From assembly GCA_964016885.1 (NCBI GenBank), contig OZ024741.1:374542001-374606000 (forward strand): a DNA stretch of 64,000 nt, given 5' to 3'. The stretch comes from Eledone cirrhosa. Its lineage: Eukaryota. Shown piece after piece: positions 25,651 through 38,633 of this stretch (position 1 is the first letter of the stretch; every line of letters starts with the position of its first letter). Position numbers and translations under genes: made by a program. The notes beneath the pieces were generated by a model. That model was not told where the DNA came from, did not search any database, and saw nothing but the letters and a program-made list of their open reading frames with translations.

Positions 25651-27134
25651 GTGGAACAGCAAACCTAAACTGATTGTGTGTGTGAAGGCACATGATGTAA
25701 TTATCGTGCTGGGTTATTTTAAGTCACAAATTCAATTATTGAATTGGGCTGCACATTATGTCCTTGAACAAGACACTTTATTTCTCCCTGCTCCAGTCCA
25801 TTTGGCTAGCAAAAATGGGTTGTATCCATAATTCAAGAGGTCAGCCATGTCACATATTGTGACACCAAAACTCCATAAGATTTACTATATTTAGGGTACA
25901 TGTCTGTGGAAGGCTCAGCAATTTACGTGTTAATTTTATGAGCAGGCAGCTCCATTGATTAAATCAACTGGGCCAATTTGGAAACAAAGGAAGTCCTACA
26001 ACAAAAATATTTGTGTGTGTGTGTACCTGTTGCTGTAAACATAGTGACATTTTTATGTTCCCCCATAAACAATATCTTGGAGCCTAGCAGTTAAATGAAT
26101 ATTAGTGGCGTATACCATTCATTAAAAAATTAACATACGTATTGGTGCCAGGAAAAGCATCTGGCTGTTGAAAGCCTGCTTCAAATAGTAGTCTTGTTTC
26201 AACATATGCAAACATGGAAAAAAATGGATGTAAAAATAAGGATGATGTCCATTTATTCTTCATCAGGTGTACCAGCAACTGACTTTTTTTTTTGGCTAGA
26301 AGCAGTATCAACAGCCCATTAATTTCATTTGTACTATGTCCCAATAACCTTCATGTAGTTAAGTCAAAATTTTAATATTTTCAGAATATTTACTCTAGGA
26401 AAATTGGACTACAAAATAACTTCTCATGAAAATTGTCCATTCATCCAATATTCTCGTAAACGTTTAATTTTTTTTTCCGGCCAACCATTGTTGATGAATT
26501 GTTTAGTTTGAATAATATTGCTATCGGACTTCATGGTTGATACAGTTTCTTTAGGTGTACTCTGGCATTTCATCAATAGTTTGTATTTCAAAGATAGATA
26601 GAATATGGTTCTTACAAATTTTGTTAAAATCATAGTTAGGTCTGATCAGCAGTCTGGATAACGTATCAGTATTTTTGTGTTGTTTAGATCCTTGATATGC
26701 AACAAGAGTTTTAAGGCTAGTTTCCTTGCTAAAGTAGGAGTTTACCTTGCAGGGCTCTGAGTGGCTTAATCATAATCATCAGTCCTTTTTGAGGCAATAT
26801 TTTATGGTGCTGCCCTTTCTGCCACCATCTCTTTTATGAAATTGGACACTGTCTGTTGACATCGTCTCCTGACCAAGGAAATGTTCACTGAAGGTGAATG
26901 AATGTGAGGCATCTTCTTGAAGATGTAATTATACTTCAAAAGTTGGAAAGTTTAAATTTTAGAGGAAACCTTTAAAATGTGAGACTTTGTTTGAAAGAAC
27001 CAAGTGGTTTTGGGCGGGATGCTATCAACAGGGTTAAACTCTGTGATCTTAGTTACTTGCCATTTTAACTTGTCAAAGCTAGTTTGACAACCAACTACAT
27101 ATATGAACGATATACTCTTCTTGGATTCCCAAGT

Positions 27135-27745
27135 GTGACCAGCCAAGCTCTTGAATGTTATCCAACCATCTTGCTTGGAGTCTACCCCTGGGTCTCTTGT
27201 CGGTTGGTTTTATCCGTAAAATCTGTCCAGCGATTCTTTCCTGAGACATTCTAACCACATGCCTGTAGTATCGGAGCTGTGACTTCTCAATTCGGAGAAG
27301 TAGCAGTTCTTTCTGGAGTGACTCTCTGAATTATGTACTTTGGGCGATGTTACTCCAAAGACCCTTCGAGGAGTCCTGTTTCGGCCGCTTGTATTCGCAA
27401 TTGTATTGGTCATTACCCAAGTTTCATGACCATAGTTAAGGGTTGGCACGAATACTGAATTGAAAATAGTGAGTTTACATTTTATGTCTACCTCCTTTCT
27501 TCTGATTACTGAATGATGAAGCTGGTGCATTACTGCAGCAAATTTTGCAATTCTTGCACTTAATTCAGCCTCCTGCCTTCCATCACTTGTGAACACGTCC
27601 CTGAGATACTTGAAATTCTCCACCTGCTTCAGTGGAACTCCATTCACATGTAGAGTGCACTGTGCAGGCTTTCTTGAGAGGACGAGTGTCTGTTTTTGCA
27701 GCATTGATTTTCATTCCAGCCATGCAGCACTCAATATCAAACCTA
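27135..27745 (-). mobile_element. RTE-like LINE 3' fragment (second family)
   Basis: ORF 27210-27704 contains LKQVENFKYL, ELSARIAK and FVPTLNYGHETW; nucleotide-similar to 53290-53760. Confidence 0.8.
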
Positions 27746-28509
27746 TCAATATTATATAAAAGTACAATATTATTTGGCATATTCTGAATGTTTGTGTAAT
27801 GACATTCCAAACAAATACTGATTACTTCATTCATATTTTTTGGAATCAATTTTTTTTAATATTTTATTTTTATTTATTTTTCCATTGATAATCTTGTACC
27901 AGAGATGTTAATAATATAGCCAAGATAATTGACTGCTTTAACCAATTAAGTATTGTTTCTAAGTTATTTAAATGTGAAGATATTATTCAGATGGTGCTAC
28001 ATACACAATGCTTTATTCCTGGCAGTATTGGTAGAGTGTGGACAACATGCTTCACAGCATAGTTACAGCCCTTTATGTTCTGGGTTCAAATCCCGCCGAG
28101 GTTAGCTTTCTCTCATCCTTACGGGGTTGATAAAATAAAGTAGCAGTCACTCACTGGGGTCGATTTAATCGACTTTCTCCTCCCCCAAAATTGCTGGCCT
28201 TGTCTAAATCAGAAATCATTATTTGATTGGCTAAACACAGCAGGGACTCTATAAATTCTGAATGGCATACATTTGTATTTATATGTTGAAAAGTCTATCT
28301 AGTGGGCCTTCACAGTGTGCATGATTGCTTCTTTCGCTCCTTTTACCCTTGTGTGTGATGAGCTTTTGTCAAAATTGAAAGGGACTGAGAACACATCCAA
28401 GCAGTGACAATCAGCACAGCTCAATCACTTTAACCAGTTGCTTCCACTGTACCATTCAGTACTGTTTCAGTTCTTTTACTAGTTTATTTGAAAATGGCAA
28501 TGATCGGGT

Positions 28510-29160
28510 CGGTCAGTAAATATTGGTACTTATTTTTCACAAAGTTGGCTTAAAAACCATTGATGATTACATGAATATGAAACGGAAAGATAAAAGCAAA
28601 ATTAAGTAATGAGAAAAGGGGAAAGGGGTGAAGAAAGGCAGATCTGGCTGCATAAGTAGAAGAAAGGACTATAAATGCCATAAATGAGAGGAAAAAGGAA
28701 AAAGCAAGGACTCTTGGGCCACAGAAGAAAGGGAACAGGAGAGGGTGTTTGGACTCTAGGGTGGGGCAGTGTTTGGGCTGTTCCCTGTGGACAATGGCCA
28801 GCAATACCTGCAACAGCCACCTACCTTGCAGGGCTCCTTCCTCAGTCAGGCTGCCGACGTTCCACACTTGCGGAGATCTCTGCAATACGGGATCCAAGGA
28901 TGCCCGCGGTCTCGATGGCAACTAGTGCGAAGAGGAAGCGGCTGGACAAGTCTCAGTATTTGTCTTCCTGTCCACTGCATTGCAGGCTGCAGTACTGGGG
29001 TTTGTGGTTGAAAATGACTAAGTTGGAGGTGGAGAATGTGTCACAACTTGAGGCATCCCAGATGAGAGATTTACCTTCTTCGAATGGGAATGGTGTAATT
29101 CCATTGGGGCGCTTGCCGTCTGTTCGGTCAAGGCCTGCTGGTTCCAGTATGTAATGGAAA
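28510..29160. repeat. Unclassified dispersed repeat
   Basis: Inverted homologue at ~48500-48790 (ACAATGGCCAG..CAACAGCC..GGGCTCCTTCCTCAG) and a direct fragment at ~49395-49450. Confidence 0.55.
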
Positions 29161-29212
29161 TGGTAAAAAGAATTTAGTAAATATTATTGTAGTAATAGTC
29201 ATTCTCTTATCT

Positions 29213-29372
29213 TAACCTCTTCAGTGCTGTAGAGATAACTCGTCCTAACATGTTTGAATTTTTTTCCAAAAGTTCATAACTTCAAAGCTAGATGGCGTTG
29301 TCAATCAAAATAGTCATTTTACTGAAAAAAAAAAAACCTGGCTGTGTAAAATATGTGGCAGTCAACAGTTTA
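29213..29372. mobile_element. MITE-like dispersed repeat
   Basis: Homologous to 47780-48023 (ATAACTC.TCCTAACATGTTTGAA, AAAGCTAGATGG, GCTGTGT..AATATGTG.CAGTCAACA.TTAA). Confidence 0.55.
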
Positions 29373-30389
29373 AGCTGATGTCTCAGCTTTGTTGGCCATA
29401 GAACTTTGTGTGTAAATATTTCATTCTTGGTGGATAGTCACACATGGTTGAATTGTGGCTTATATTTTCATGAATCAGACTATAATTCAAAATAAGTGAG
29501 ACATGAACCGTCGGTTTATTCTTATTCAAATCAGTTGAATTATCAATATTCTAAACAATCAGTAATTTTATTCAGCCTAGATATGTGTGGCATATTGAAT
29601 GATTTTTAACCAGTTCGTTCTGAATAAATTTGAGCTCATTTCAGAATTAATATCAACAATTTCAAAATGTTGTGGTTCTTTTATTCTTTTATTGGTTTCA
29701 GCCATTAGACTGTGGCCAGAAATGATGTGAAGTTTCATCTTTTGGTGTAAATATGACAATGTCTTTACCAGAATGATATTTTAAGCATAATCTTCAAATC
29801 TGAAATCTCATGCCAATGATCCCATCTTATGAATGATCAGTTCTCATTAACCTTTTTGTTACCAACTCTACAAAACTATTTGTCTTAAAATGTATATATT
29901 CATCTAAAAAACCTATTATAATTTTATGCAATAACCTTTTAGTTATGTTACAAATATGAGCTTGATGATGAGTTATTTTGCTAAATCACTTCAAATTCTT
30001 AATTATTTGAAAATCATAGGGGCAGTGTCTTTCATAGAAATACAATAACATAAGTGTGCTTAGATTAGTGACTTATATACATTGACATATACTAGACATA
30101 AGAATAATACTAGTATTAGATATATTATTGCAGAAAACATTTAGTTTAGAATCTTTTGATAGAAATTTCATTTCTACTATAGGCACAAGACCAGCAATTT
30201 GGGGAGGGGGTGGGGGGGATTGACCAAATCGCCCCAGTGCATTACTAGTGCTCTATTTTATTGACCCCGTAAGGATGAAAGGCAGACTTAACCTTGGTGG
30301 GATTTGAATTCACAACATAAAGGGCCATAACTCTATGCTGCAAAGCATGGTGTCTGATGCTCTACCGATACTGCGAAGCCACCACCCTA

Positions 30390-31023
30390 TCTATATATAT
30401 AAAGTTGTATTTCTGTTTGTTTGTTTGTTCACGAACTACTCCTGTGGTTTTGGAGATAGATACTATAACCATATATATTCTGAAACTACATTGCCCAGGG
30501 TACTTGGATAAGTATATTTCATTTTAATCAAAGGGTTCCCTGGGGGCACAAACCCCCGCTGAAAATTTTTTCCTTTCGATTTATATGAAATTTAAACCAA
30601 AGGTAAATGACGATATGTCTATTAACAAAATTTCAGCAAATTTCAATAATAAGACACCCTAATGGGGATTAAACCCCCTATTAAGGTTCTCTGGAGGCAC
30701 AAACCCCCGCTGAAAATTTTTTCCCTTTGATTTATATGAAATTTAAACCATAGGGAAATGACAAGGTGATGCTTATTCACAAAATTTTGAATTGATATTT
30801 TGATAAAAATTATTTACAAGAAACAATAAGATTTAATAATGTAATTTTGATTTGATATATTACAAAATAATGTTTTCCAATTTTTCATGCATTACATTTT
30901 ACATTGAGTAATATTGAAATGCAGAGTTTTTCTCCATAAATTATATTACTGATTTAAAATCAATCATCATTTTCTTACAAAAAAAAAGTATGAAATGCAG
31001 CAAGGCACGAGTAATTCTGCTAG
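30390..31023 (+). mobile_element. Non-autonomous Helitron
   Basis: A|TC 5' end (TCTATATATATAAA) followed by (GTTT)n, internal ~149-bp direct repeats (30535-30610 and 30684-30760), 3' CTAG|T at 31020-31024, no TSD. Confidence 0.7.
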
Positions 31024-32418
31024 TATATATATAATATTGATGACCAGGAGTGAATGTTGCTTAAGTGCCGTGTGCAACTTATCTCCTGGTGTGACCTAGA
31101 CACGAGCATATACAGTCATTATATTTAGGCACAATGAGCTGACACTATTTGTTGTAGCTACATACGTTTCATTTCAATGAATTAAAAGAATTTTGAAGGA
31201 TTTACTAAAATATTTATTTCATTATTACGATAGTAACTTAACATATATTTCCTATTTAAAACTGTTGGAAGATTTTAATTTAAGTAGGAACTGTTTAAAA
31301 TGGGTAGTTTTGTTTCATAGAACCAAAGCTGGTTTTGGTTTGGGTTGGTTTCAAATGGACTAACACTGACATGCTTAGGATGGTTTGAGGTTTTGAATCA
31401 GTAATTCTTCTAGAAGTTGGTATTCAAACATGACAGTCAGCAAAAAGATACAAAAAAGAAAGTTATAATACTGCTGCATAGATAGGTGCATGTGAAATAC
31501 ATGTGAAAAATGTATGGGTGGGAGAGGGGGAGGTAAAATAAAATGTGTTATGCACTTAAACCTAACTTGACATGTTTCTATTCTGTTAACTATGTCATTA
31601 TATATACATACTTGGTTAAAATATCTCTAGTAGATACAGACAGCGTGTGAATGGTTGGCTGGCTGCTTGGTTGGTATCAGCATGAGAATTTAATGATAGA
31701 GGCAGACTAGGAAATTTGAAATATTATTTTTTTTTTTAAATTCCATATAGTTGGTCAAAAGTTTTAAATATTTTCTATTAACTTCATGGATTCTAACACT
31801 TGTATTTCTCCCAACTTTAATTTCAGTGTTGGATGGGTAGTGCCTGTTGTAAAAGTGCAGTAAAGGTGCATCTATTTTACTTGATGTTTTGTTAAGCAGA
31901 TTATAAATAACATCAACATTTTTAACCCTTTCATTGCAAACTACTTTTCAAAAGCATAATGATTATAGTCCCAAATTTTAGAAATGGTCTGTTAAAGCAA
32001 CGACCAGGAAAGACTAATAATATTGTAGTATGTTATGTTACCAGATGTCATATTGTATGTTATGATGCTAGATGTCACATTGTTTTATCATTTCTGATAG
32101 CTTAACCATTCTAAAAATCTTACATTATGAGTTATAACCATTTTCTTCCCTTGTGGCAAAGATACAGCCATGGTCGTGTGGTTAAGGAATTTGCTTCACA
32201 GCCTCTGCTTTTGAGTTTTCACTGTGGCACCTTGAGCATCTTCTATTATAGTGTCAGGTTGACCAATGACTTATGAGTGAAATTTGATAGACAAACTGCA
32301 TGAACACCCACCTTGTGGGTATGTGTCCCCTCCTGTTAATATCGCTTAATTAAACAAATTCTATATCTAGACTTACTGTATCCTGAGTTAAAATCCTGAA
32401 TTTGTTTTAAATTTTTCT

Positions 32419-32449
<31 letters not shown>

Positions 32450-32919
32450 GGGTTATATTCATGCCCCTCCCCCGAAATGTCTTATTTAATCAAAATAAAT
32501 CAATATCTAGTTAAGCTCACCAGCTAAACAAATAGATGAAATTTGTAGTTTCAGTATTCTATTTCTGACTTTGTAGCTTAGGAGGGAGCAGCAGTGCTCA
32601 TAGCTGTTTCTTTGAGATAAGAAAGATTGTCATCATTGATGTTGTGCTTAAACTGCTACAAGTCCATTCCTTTGGGAAAGAATAAGCCTGAAGGGATGTT
32701 CTGAGTATAGTGGTTAGTTTGGGGCTTGCATGAGTTGGATTCAGCATGGCACGAGGCTAGCAAGCTTCGAGGAATGGGCAATTTTAAGGTAGAAGAAACT
32801 GAAGACTAGAGGGGCTAGTTTTTGAAAATAGTGAGTGACTTTAAACTGATTAAATTTTTAATTGTGTATGTTTTTGTTTGTGTTTAGCAAGTGGTTATAT
32901 CGTAAAACACTATTTAATT

Positions 32920-35410
32920 TATAATTGTCACTGATTAGTTAGTGACCTCATAGTCAGGACTAGACGTACTCGACAACAGAGGACTACCCTGAGGAGAAGA
33001 ATATGGAAGTTAAAGGACCCCACAGCCAGTAACAAATTTAAAAGCATATTACTTGATGCTTTTGACAGTAAGGAAGAGCAATTAGAGACATACAATATAA
33101 AGGAACAATGGGAATTCCTGAAAGTTAACCTGCTGAAGGCAACAGATGAAATCTGTGGCTGGAGCAGACCTATAGACAGGAGAATAACTTGGTGGTGGAG
33201 GAGTCAATCAAGGCCAAAAAGCAGGCTTGGAAAGCATGGAGGAATGGGGGAAGTAGAGAACACTATCGAGTGGCCAGGAGAGAAGCTAGGAGACAAGTGT
33301 ATTTTGTAAAAAGGGAAGCAGAGGAAAGAAAGTTCAAGCATGTTCTACGTGAGGACCAAAAACGTGAGGTGTTCAGGATTGCAAGACAATGTGTCAAGGA
33401 AAACTGATATTGTCAGGGAGAAGTGTGTCCGTAATGACGATGGTGTACTTGCCATCACTGATGCTGATAAGAAGGTAGCTTGGAAGTGTCACTACGAGAG
33501 ACTACTAAATGAGAGTAAATGGGAAAAGGATAGTCTGCCCCAAATCGATTCAATAGAGGGACCAGCTGTGCAAGTTAAAGGTAGTATAATAAGTAAGGCA
33601 ATCAAAGATATAAAGACAGGCAAGGCAGCTGGGCCTTCGGAGATAGTTACTGAAATGCTGAAAGCATCTGGAATGGTGGGACATACTATAGTCACCCTGA
33701 TGGTAAACCAAGTAATACAGAATGGGATCATACCAAATGACTGGCATAGCAGCATCATCATCATTAACTGCTACAAGGGTAAAGGAGATGCTCTAGATAG
33801 AGGAAACTATAGAGGCATTAAATTAGTTGACCAGGTCATGAAGGTCACAGAAAGAGTTATAGCACAACTAATCAGAGCAAATTGATCTAGATGAAATGCA
33901 GTTTGGGTTTGTGTCGGGTAAAAGTACCATAGATGCTCTTTCCCTTGTATGACAACTATAGGAGAAGTACTTAGCTGAAAGTAAAGCCCGATACTTAGCT
34001 TTTGTTGACTTGGAGAAAGCCTTTGACAGTCCCCCGCTCCATTATCTGGTGGCCTCTTAGAAAACTAGGTGTTGATGAATGGCTTGTGAGAGCTATACAA
34101 GCCATGTATAAAGAAACAGTCAACAAGGTTAGAATTATATAGTGAAGAATTTAGCGTAAAAGTTGGTGTTCATCAAGGTTCTCCCCTTAGCCTCCTCCTA
34201 TTTATTATTGCCCTTCAGGCTATAACAGAGGAGTTCAAGACCAACTGCCCATGGGAACTCCTATATGCAGATGATCTGTCATAGCTGAATCGATGGCAGA
34301 ACTAGAGAAGAAATTCCAAACATGGAAGCATGACCTAGAATCAAAATGCCTTAAAGTTAACTTGTCTAAGATTAAAGTTCTAGTATGTAGAAAGGAAAAT
34401 AGGTACCCTCTGGGAAATGGCCATGCTCAGTGTGTAGGAAAAGAGTAGGCAAATGCAAACTATGGGTACATAAAATGCAAACTATGGGTACATAAAATGC
34501 AAACTATGGGTACATAAAATGCAAACTATGGGTACATAAAATGCAAACTATGGGTACATAAAATGCAAACTATGGGTACATAAAATGCAAACTATGGGTA
34601 CATAAAATGCAAACTATGGGTACATAAAATGCAAACTATGGGTACATAAAATGCAAACTATGGGTACATAAAATGCAAACTATGGGTACATAAAATGCAA
34701 ACTATGGGTACATAAAATGCAAACTATGGGTACATAAAAGATGTAGTGGGATCACAGGTAAGCTATCTAAGAATGTAGATTTTATGTGGCCGGTGCTCAG
34801 GTGCAATAAGTAGCAAGTGCCCACAGGATGCAAGCTCCTTCTATTACCCAGATGCTTCTATAGAAATAGTGGACACTTTCCGTTACCTGGGTGACAAAAT
34901 CAGCAGTGGTGGTGGGTGCTCTGAAAGTACAGTACCAGACTCGGAACAGGATGGAAAAAGTTCAGAGAGCTTATACCACTATTGGCCGCTAAAGGTTTCT
35001 CTCTAAAAATGAAGGGCAGATTGTATGATGCTTGTATACGAACAGCAATGTTACATGGCAGTGAGACATGGGCTTTGTGTGGAGGAACGAAGCACGCATG
35101 CTCCGTTGGATGTGTAATAAAAATATACGCGAACGGCAAAGCATAAAAAGGAACTAAGTGAGAAATTAGGAATAAGAGAGATCAGATGCTGTTTACTCGA
35201 GAGAAAAATACGTTGGTATGGTCACGTGATGCACATGAAAAACGACAGCTGTATAAAAAAGTGCAGGGCGATCAAAATTGATGGAGTAGGTAGATCCAGA
35301 AAAACCTGGGACGATTTGATAAATTCCAACCTTACACACTTACACCTCTCTAAGACAATGTTACTGGACCAAGATCTTTGGCGCTACGCAGTAATACAGA
35401 AGACCCGCCT
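32920..35410 (+). mobile_element. Decayed, 5'-truncated RTE-clade LINE (reverse transcriptase pseudogene)
   Basis: Motifs KTGKAAGPSEI, YKGKGDALDRGNYRGIKL, QFGF, FVDLEKAFD, GVHQGSPLS, LLYADDL (~34258-34278), a Cys-rich insert (WPCSVC..CKLWVHKRC), FRYLGD and WYGHV; multiple frameshifts. Confidence 0.92.
34451..34739. repeat. 22-bp minisatellite, ~13 perfect copies
   Basis: (AAATGCAAACTATGGGTACATA)n inside the LINE. Confidence 0.97.
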
Positions 35411-35489
35411 TGCCTATGTACATAGCGAAACCTACAGTCAGTAGGCACCTCTTAACCAAATATACACCCCCATCCCACTACCCCTACTT

Positions 35490-35812
35490 CACCCCCACCA
35501 ACAGCACCCTCTCTGTAAAGTTATGTTGGTACCACAACATCCAGTCCAAAATAAATGAGGCCGTGTAGGCGTCGCGACAAAAAAAAACACTGTCCATGCT
35601 GTAATGTGGCCGTGTAGGTAACACGGTAAAAACCTCTCAGTCCACACTGTAGACGTGGTTAGTGTTAGGAAGGGCATCCAGCTATAGAAAACCTGCCAGA
35701 TAGTCTTATACGAGCAAGACATGGTCTCCTGATCAATCTTGCCTCAAGTGGGACAATTCCCATCTAAACCCATGCTAGCGTGGAAGATAGATGTTAAACG
35801 ATGATGATGATA
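35490..35812 (+). mobile_element. SINE/LINE-tail-type repeat (same family as 16261-16570)
   Basis: Reverse complement of the 16.3-16.6-kb copy, with a (GAT)n tail. Confidence 0.7.
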
Positions 35813-36397
35813 GTTAATGCTAACAATTGCCATTGTTTTACCATGCTGGTGCACAGGTTTGACTGGACTACTGTACAACATATTGCCACTTCTGTCAATC
35901 ATATTAATAAAGAATAGTAAACAAAGGGTGTAGGTTGGAACCATAAAAGCCAATTTGATCATGAGGAAAGGCATCAGCAGTAGTTTGGTTGGTGGATGTG
36001 GATCACTGGTTGTTTTTTAGCTCTCTGCTTTAGTTGGTTTTAGCTACTCAGATGCCAATTTTCAGCAGTCTTTTGACAAGTTTTAATGACATTGAAGATT
36101 TTTTTTTTTTCCAATTGAAATGATTTTGTCACAAGATTGAGACATTAATATTAAAAAAGTATTTTGTAGAGAAATATTCAATCTTTTCAAAGGGATAGAT
36201 GGTGGGGGTATATGGCTATTTAAAAGTATTTTTGTTGTAATTATAAAATTTACATTAAAAATTTTTTATTTGCATTTCAAATGTTAATTTTATAGAATAT
36301 ATTTCAAATGTTAATTTTATAGAATATATTTCAAATGACAGCTGTTAATCTTAGTTTGCTTTGGTTAGGCAGTTGTGGAGGTATGGTAGGAACCATA

Positions 36398-36545
36398 CCT
36401 TCTTCTTCGCCCACTTATTCCTGAGAGGGTCGTGGAGGCAGTCCTGAAACACCCCTTCCACTGGGTCCTGTCAAAAGCAACTGTCCCCAACTGATCCGGC
36501 TGGTTCCTCAAGCGTGACCAACCAAGCTCATGGATGTTATCTGAC
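36398..36545 (-). mobile_element. 3' end of the second LINE family, (GAA)n tail
   Basis: Reverse complement matches 53720-53872. Confidence 0.65.
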
Positions 36546-36764
36546 TGATATTCCTCTTTTCAGTTGTCACATCTTGGATGTTTTGTTTGATCTAATGAGA
36601 GAAGGAGGATCAAGAGTCTTGTCTGTTCCTGATTGCATTGACACCTAAAACCCTTTGCAAAAGCATCATACTATTGGCTCTGCCTCTTCACTGCCTTACC
36701 CAATTTGATAGGCATGTATTGTAACTCCAAGCCACAATTTTGTTTTGATCTTTGGTTAGAAAAC

Positions 36765-37760
36765 ATTCATCATCATACGTCCGCTTTTCCCTGCTTGCAA
36801 GGGTGGGATGGGTCCTCTTCAGTACAGCATCTCTCCATTTCTCACGGTCCCTCGTCATCTCCTCTGTGACCTTCAGCGATCTGAGGTCAGGTCTCACCAC
36901 CTCTGCTCATGTTTTTCGTGGTCTTCCTCTATTGCGTCTTCCTTCCGCTGGGATTTCTTGGCACTTCTTCACCCAGTGGTCATCTTCCATGCGCATCACA
37001 TGGCCATACCAATGCAGTCTTCTCCCCGCACACTACAGTTCATCCCTCTTATACACAGTTTCACTCTCAACTTGTCCATGCTTGGTCGTTCACTCACATT
37101 GACATTGCACATCCATCGGAGCATGCTTGCCTCATTTCTCTCCAGCCTTCGCATATCCTCCGCAGTTGCTGCCTATGTCTCACTATCATGCAACATCATG
37201 CATCTCTCACAGGCATCATACAACCGACCTTTCGTTGTCAACAGAGGAAGCATCTCCCAAAACTTCTTCCATCCTGTCCTTATTCTAGATACTGTAGCCT
37301 CGGAGCATCCTCCTCCCTTGCTAATCTGATCACCTAGATATCGGAAGCTATCAGCCACCTCTTTAGATCCTACCTGCATTTGAAAAATGTGCCTATCACT
37401 GACACTTCTATCAATTTTCCTTGAACATCTACTACATATGAAGTTTTCCCTTCCTGTTAGTTTGCTTGCTATCCCACTAGACCTCTTGCGTACCCAAGAT
37501 CTGCATTGTGTACATTCTATAGAGTTTATGCCAACCCCTTTTCTATATATCGAACATGGTCATTTTCTCTGATGGAATCAGTCTTGTCCTCTTTCCTTAT
37601 CAACACTTTTGTCTTTGCTAGGTTCACTCTGTTCTCTTGATTCCAACTGCTGTTTTCATAGCTAGAATTTATTCTCTAGTTCCTCTACTGATTCTGCTAT
37701 AAGTACCAGATCATTAGCATAGAGAAGTTCCCATGGGCAGCCAGTCTTAAACTCCTCTGT
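36765..37760 (-). mobile_element. Decayed RTE LINE 3' portion
   Basis: GCPWELLYAND, DSFRYLGDQISKGGGCSEA, RIRTGWKKF, WYGHV and a (GAT)n tail; related to the 32920-35410 element and inverted to it. Confidence 0.88.
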
Positions 37761-38569
37761 TTAAGATTGGTTTAAACCCCCCCCCCCCCCCCCCGTCCCA
37801 TTTTATGGGCAAAAATCCAAACCCTGTTTATAAGTTGAGGCAGCTAATCCTAATTACATTGTTTAGATGGCAAATATAAGCTGACCCCCCCCCCCCCCCC
37901 CCCCCCCCATCGTTTTGCCTTTTTTTTTTTTTTTTGTCACAAATTGGGCTTATATTTGAGTATATATGATACTTTAAAATAATTGTGTATTATAGAACCA
38001 GCAATGTTTCAGGCAGTTTGATATCAGAATGGTTAAGCTATTGGTGATGAAACTATGTTGACATTTATAGATATACAATACTAGTTAATATTTGTTAATA
38101 TACAATACTAGTTAATATATACAATAATAGTTAATATTTGGTGGCACTGAACATATCAACATAAGATTTAGACAGTGAAATATCTGCATTGAAAGGGTTG
38201 AAATATTTTTAGTTTATTTGTATTGTTTAAAAAATAACATCTTTTAAGATTTGTTTGAATTGTGGAAAAAATGTTGCTTTCATGATGTTGAAGCTGTTGT
38301 TGTTTAGCCCTAATTGAACAAGCATATGATTACAGGTACCAACTGTGACCATCCTACCTTTATTTTCAGTTATAGATCTAGGACCACATTATCTGATGTC
38401 TTTATATAAAATGAAGTGAAATTTGGTTGCTGTTTATGTACGACCCCATTGAAGTTCTCTCATTGGTGGTGTTGTTGAAGTAATATATTGTAAAAGTTTT
38501 TCTGTTTTATTTATCATAAACATGACTATCCAAACTGGAGGTAAAATTGTAATTGTATTTTTATATCTT

Positions 38570-38633
<64 letters not shown>

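Noticed and set aside
28550-29154. Overlapping 120-156 aa ORFs as a nested gene
   Set aside because: No recognisable motifs; the region is a dispersed repeat with a copy at 48.5 kb.
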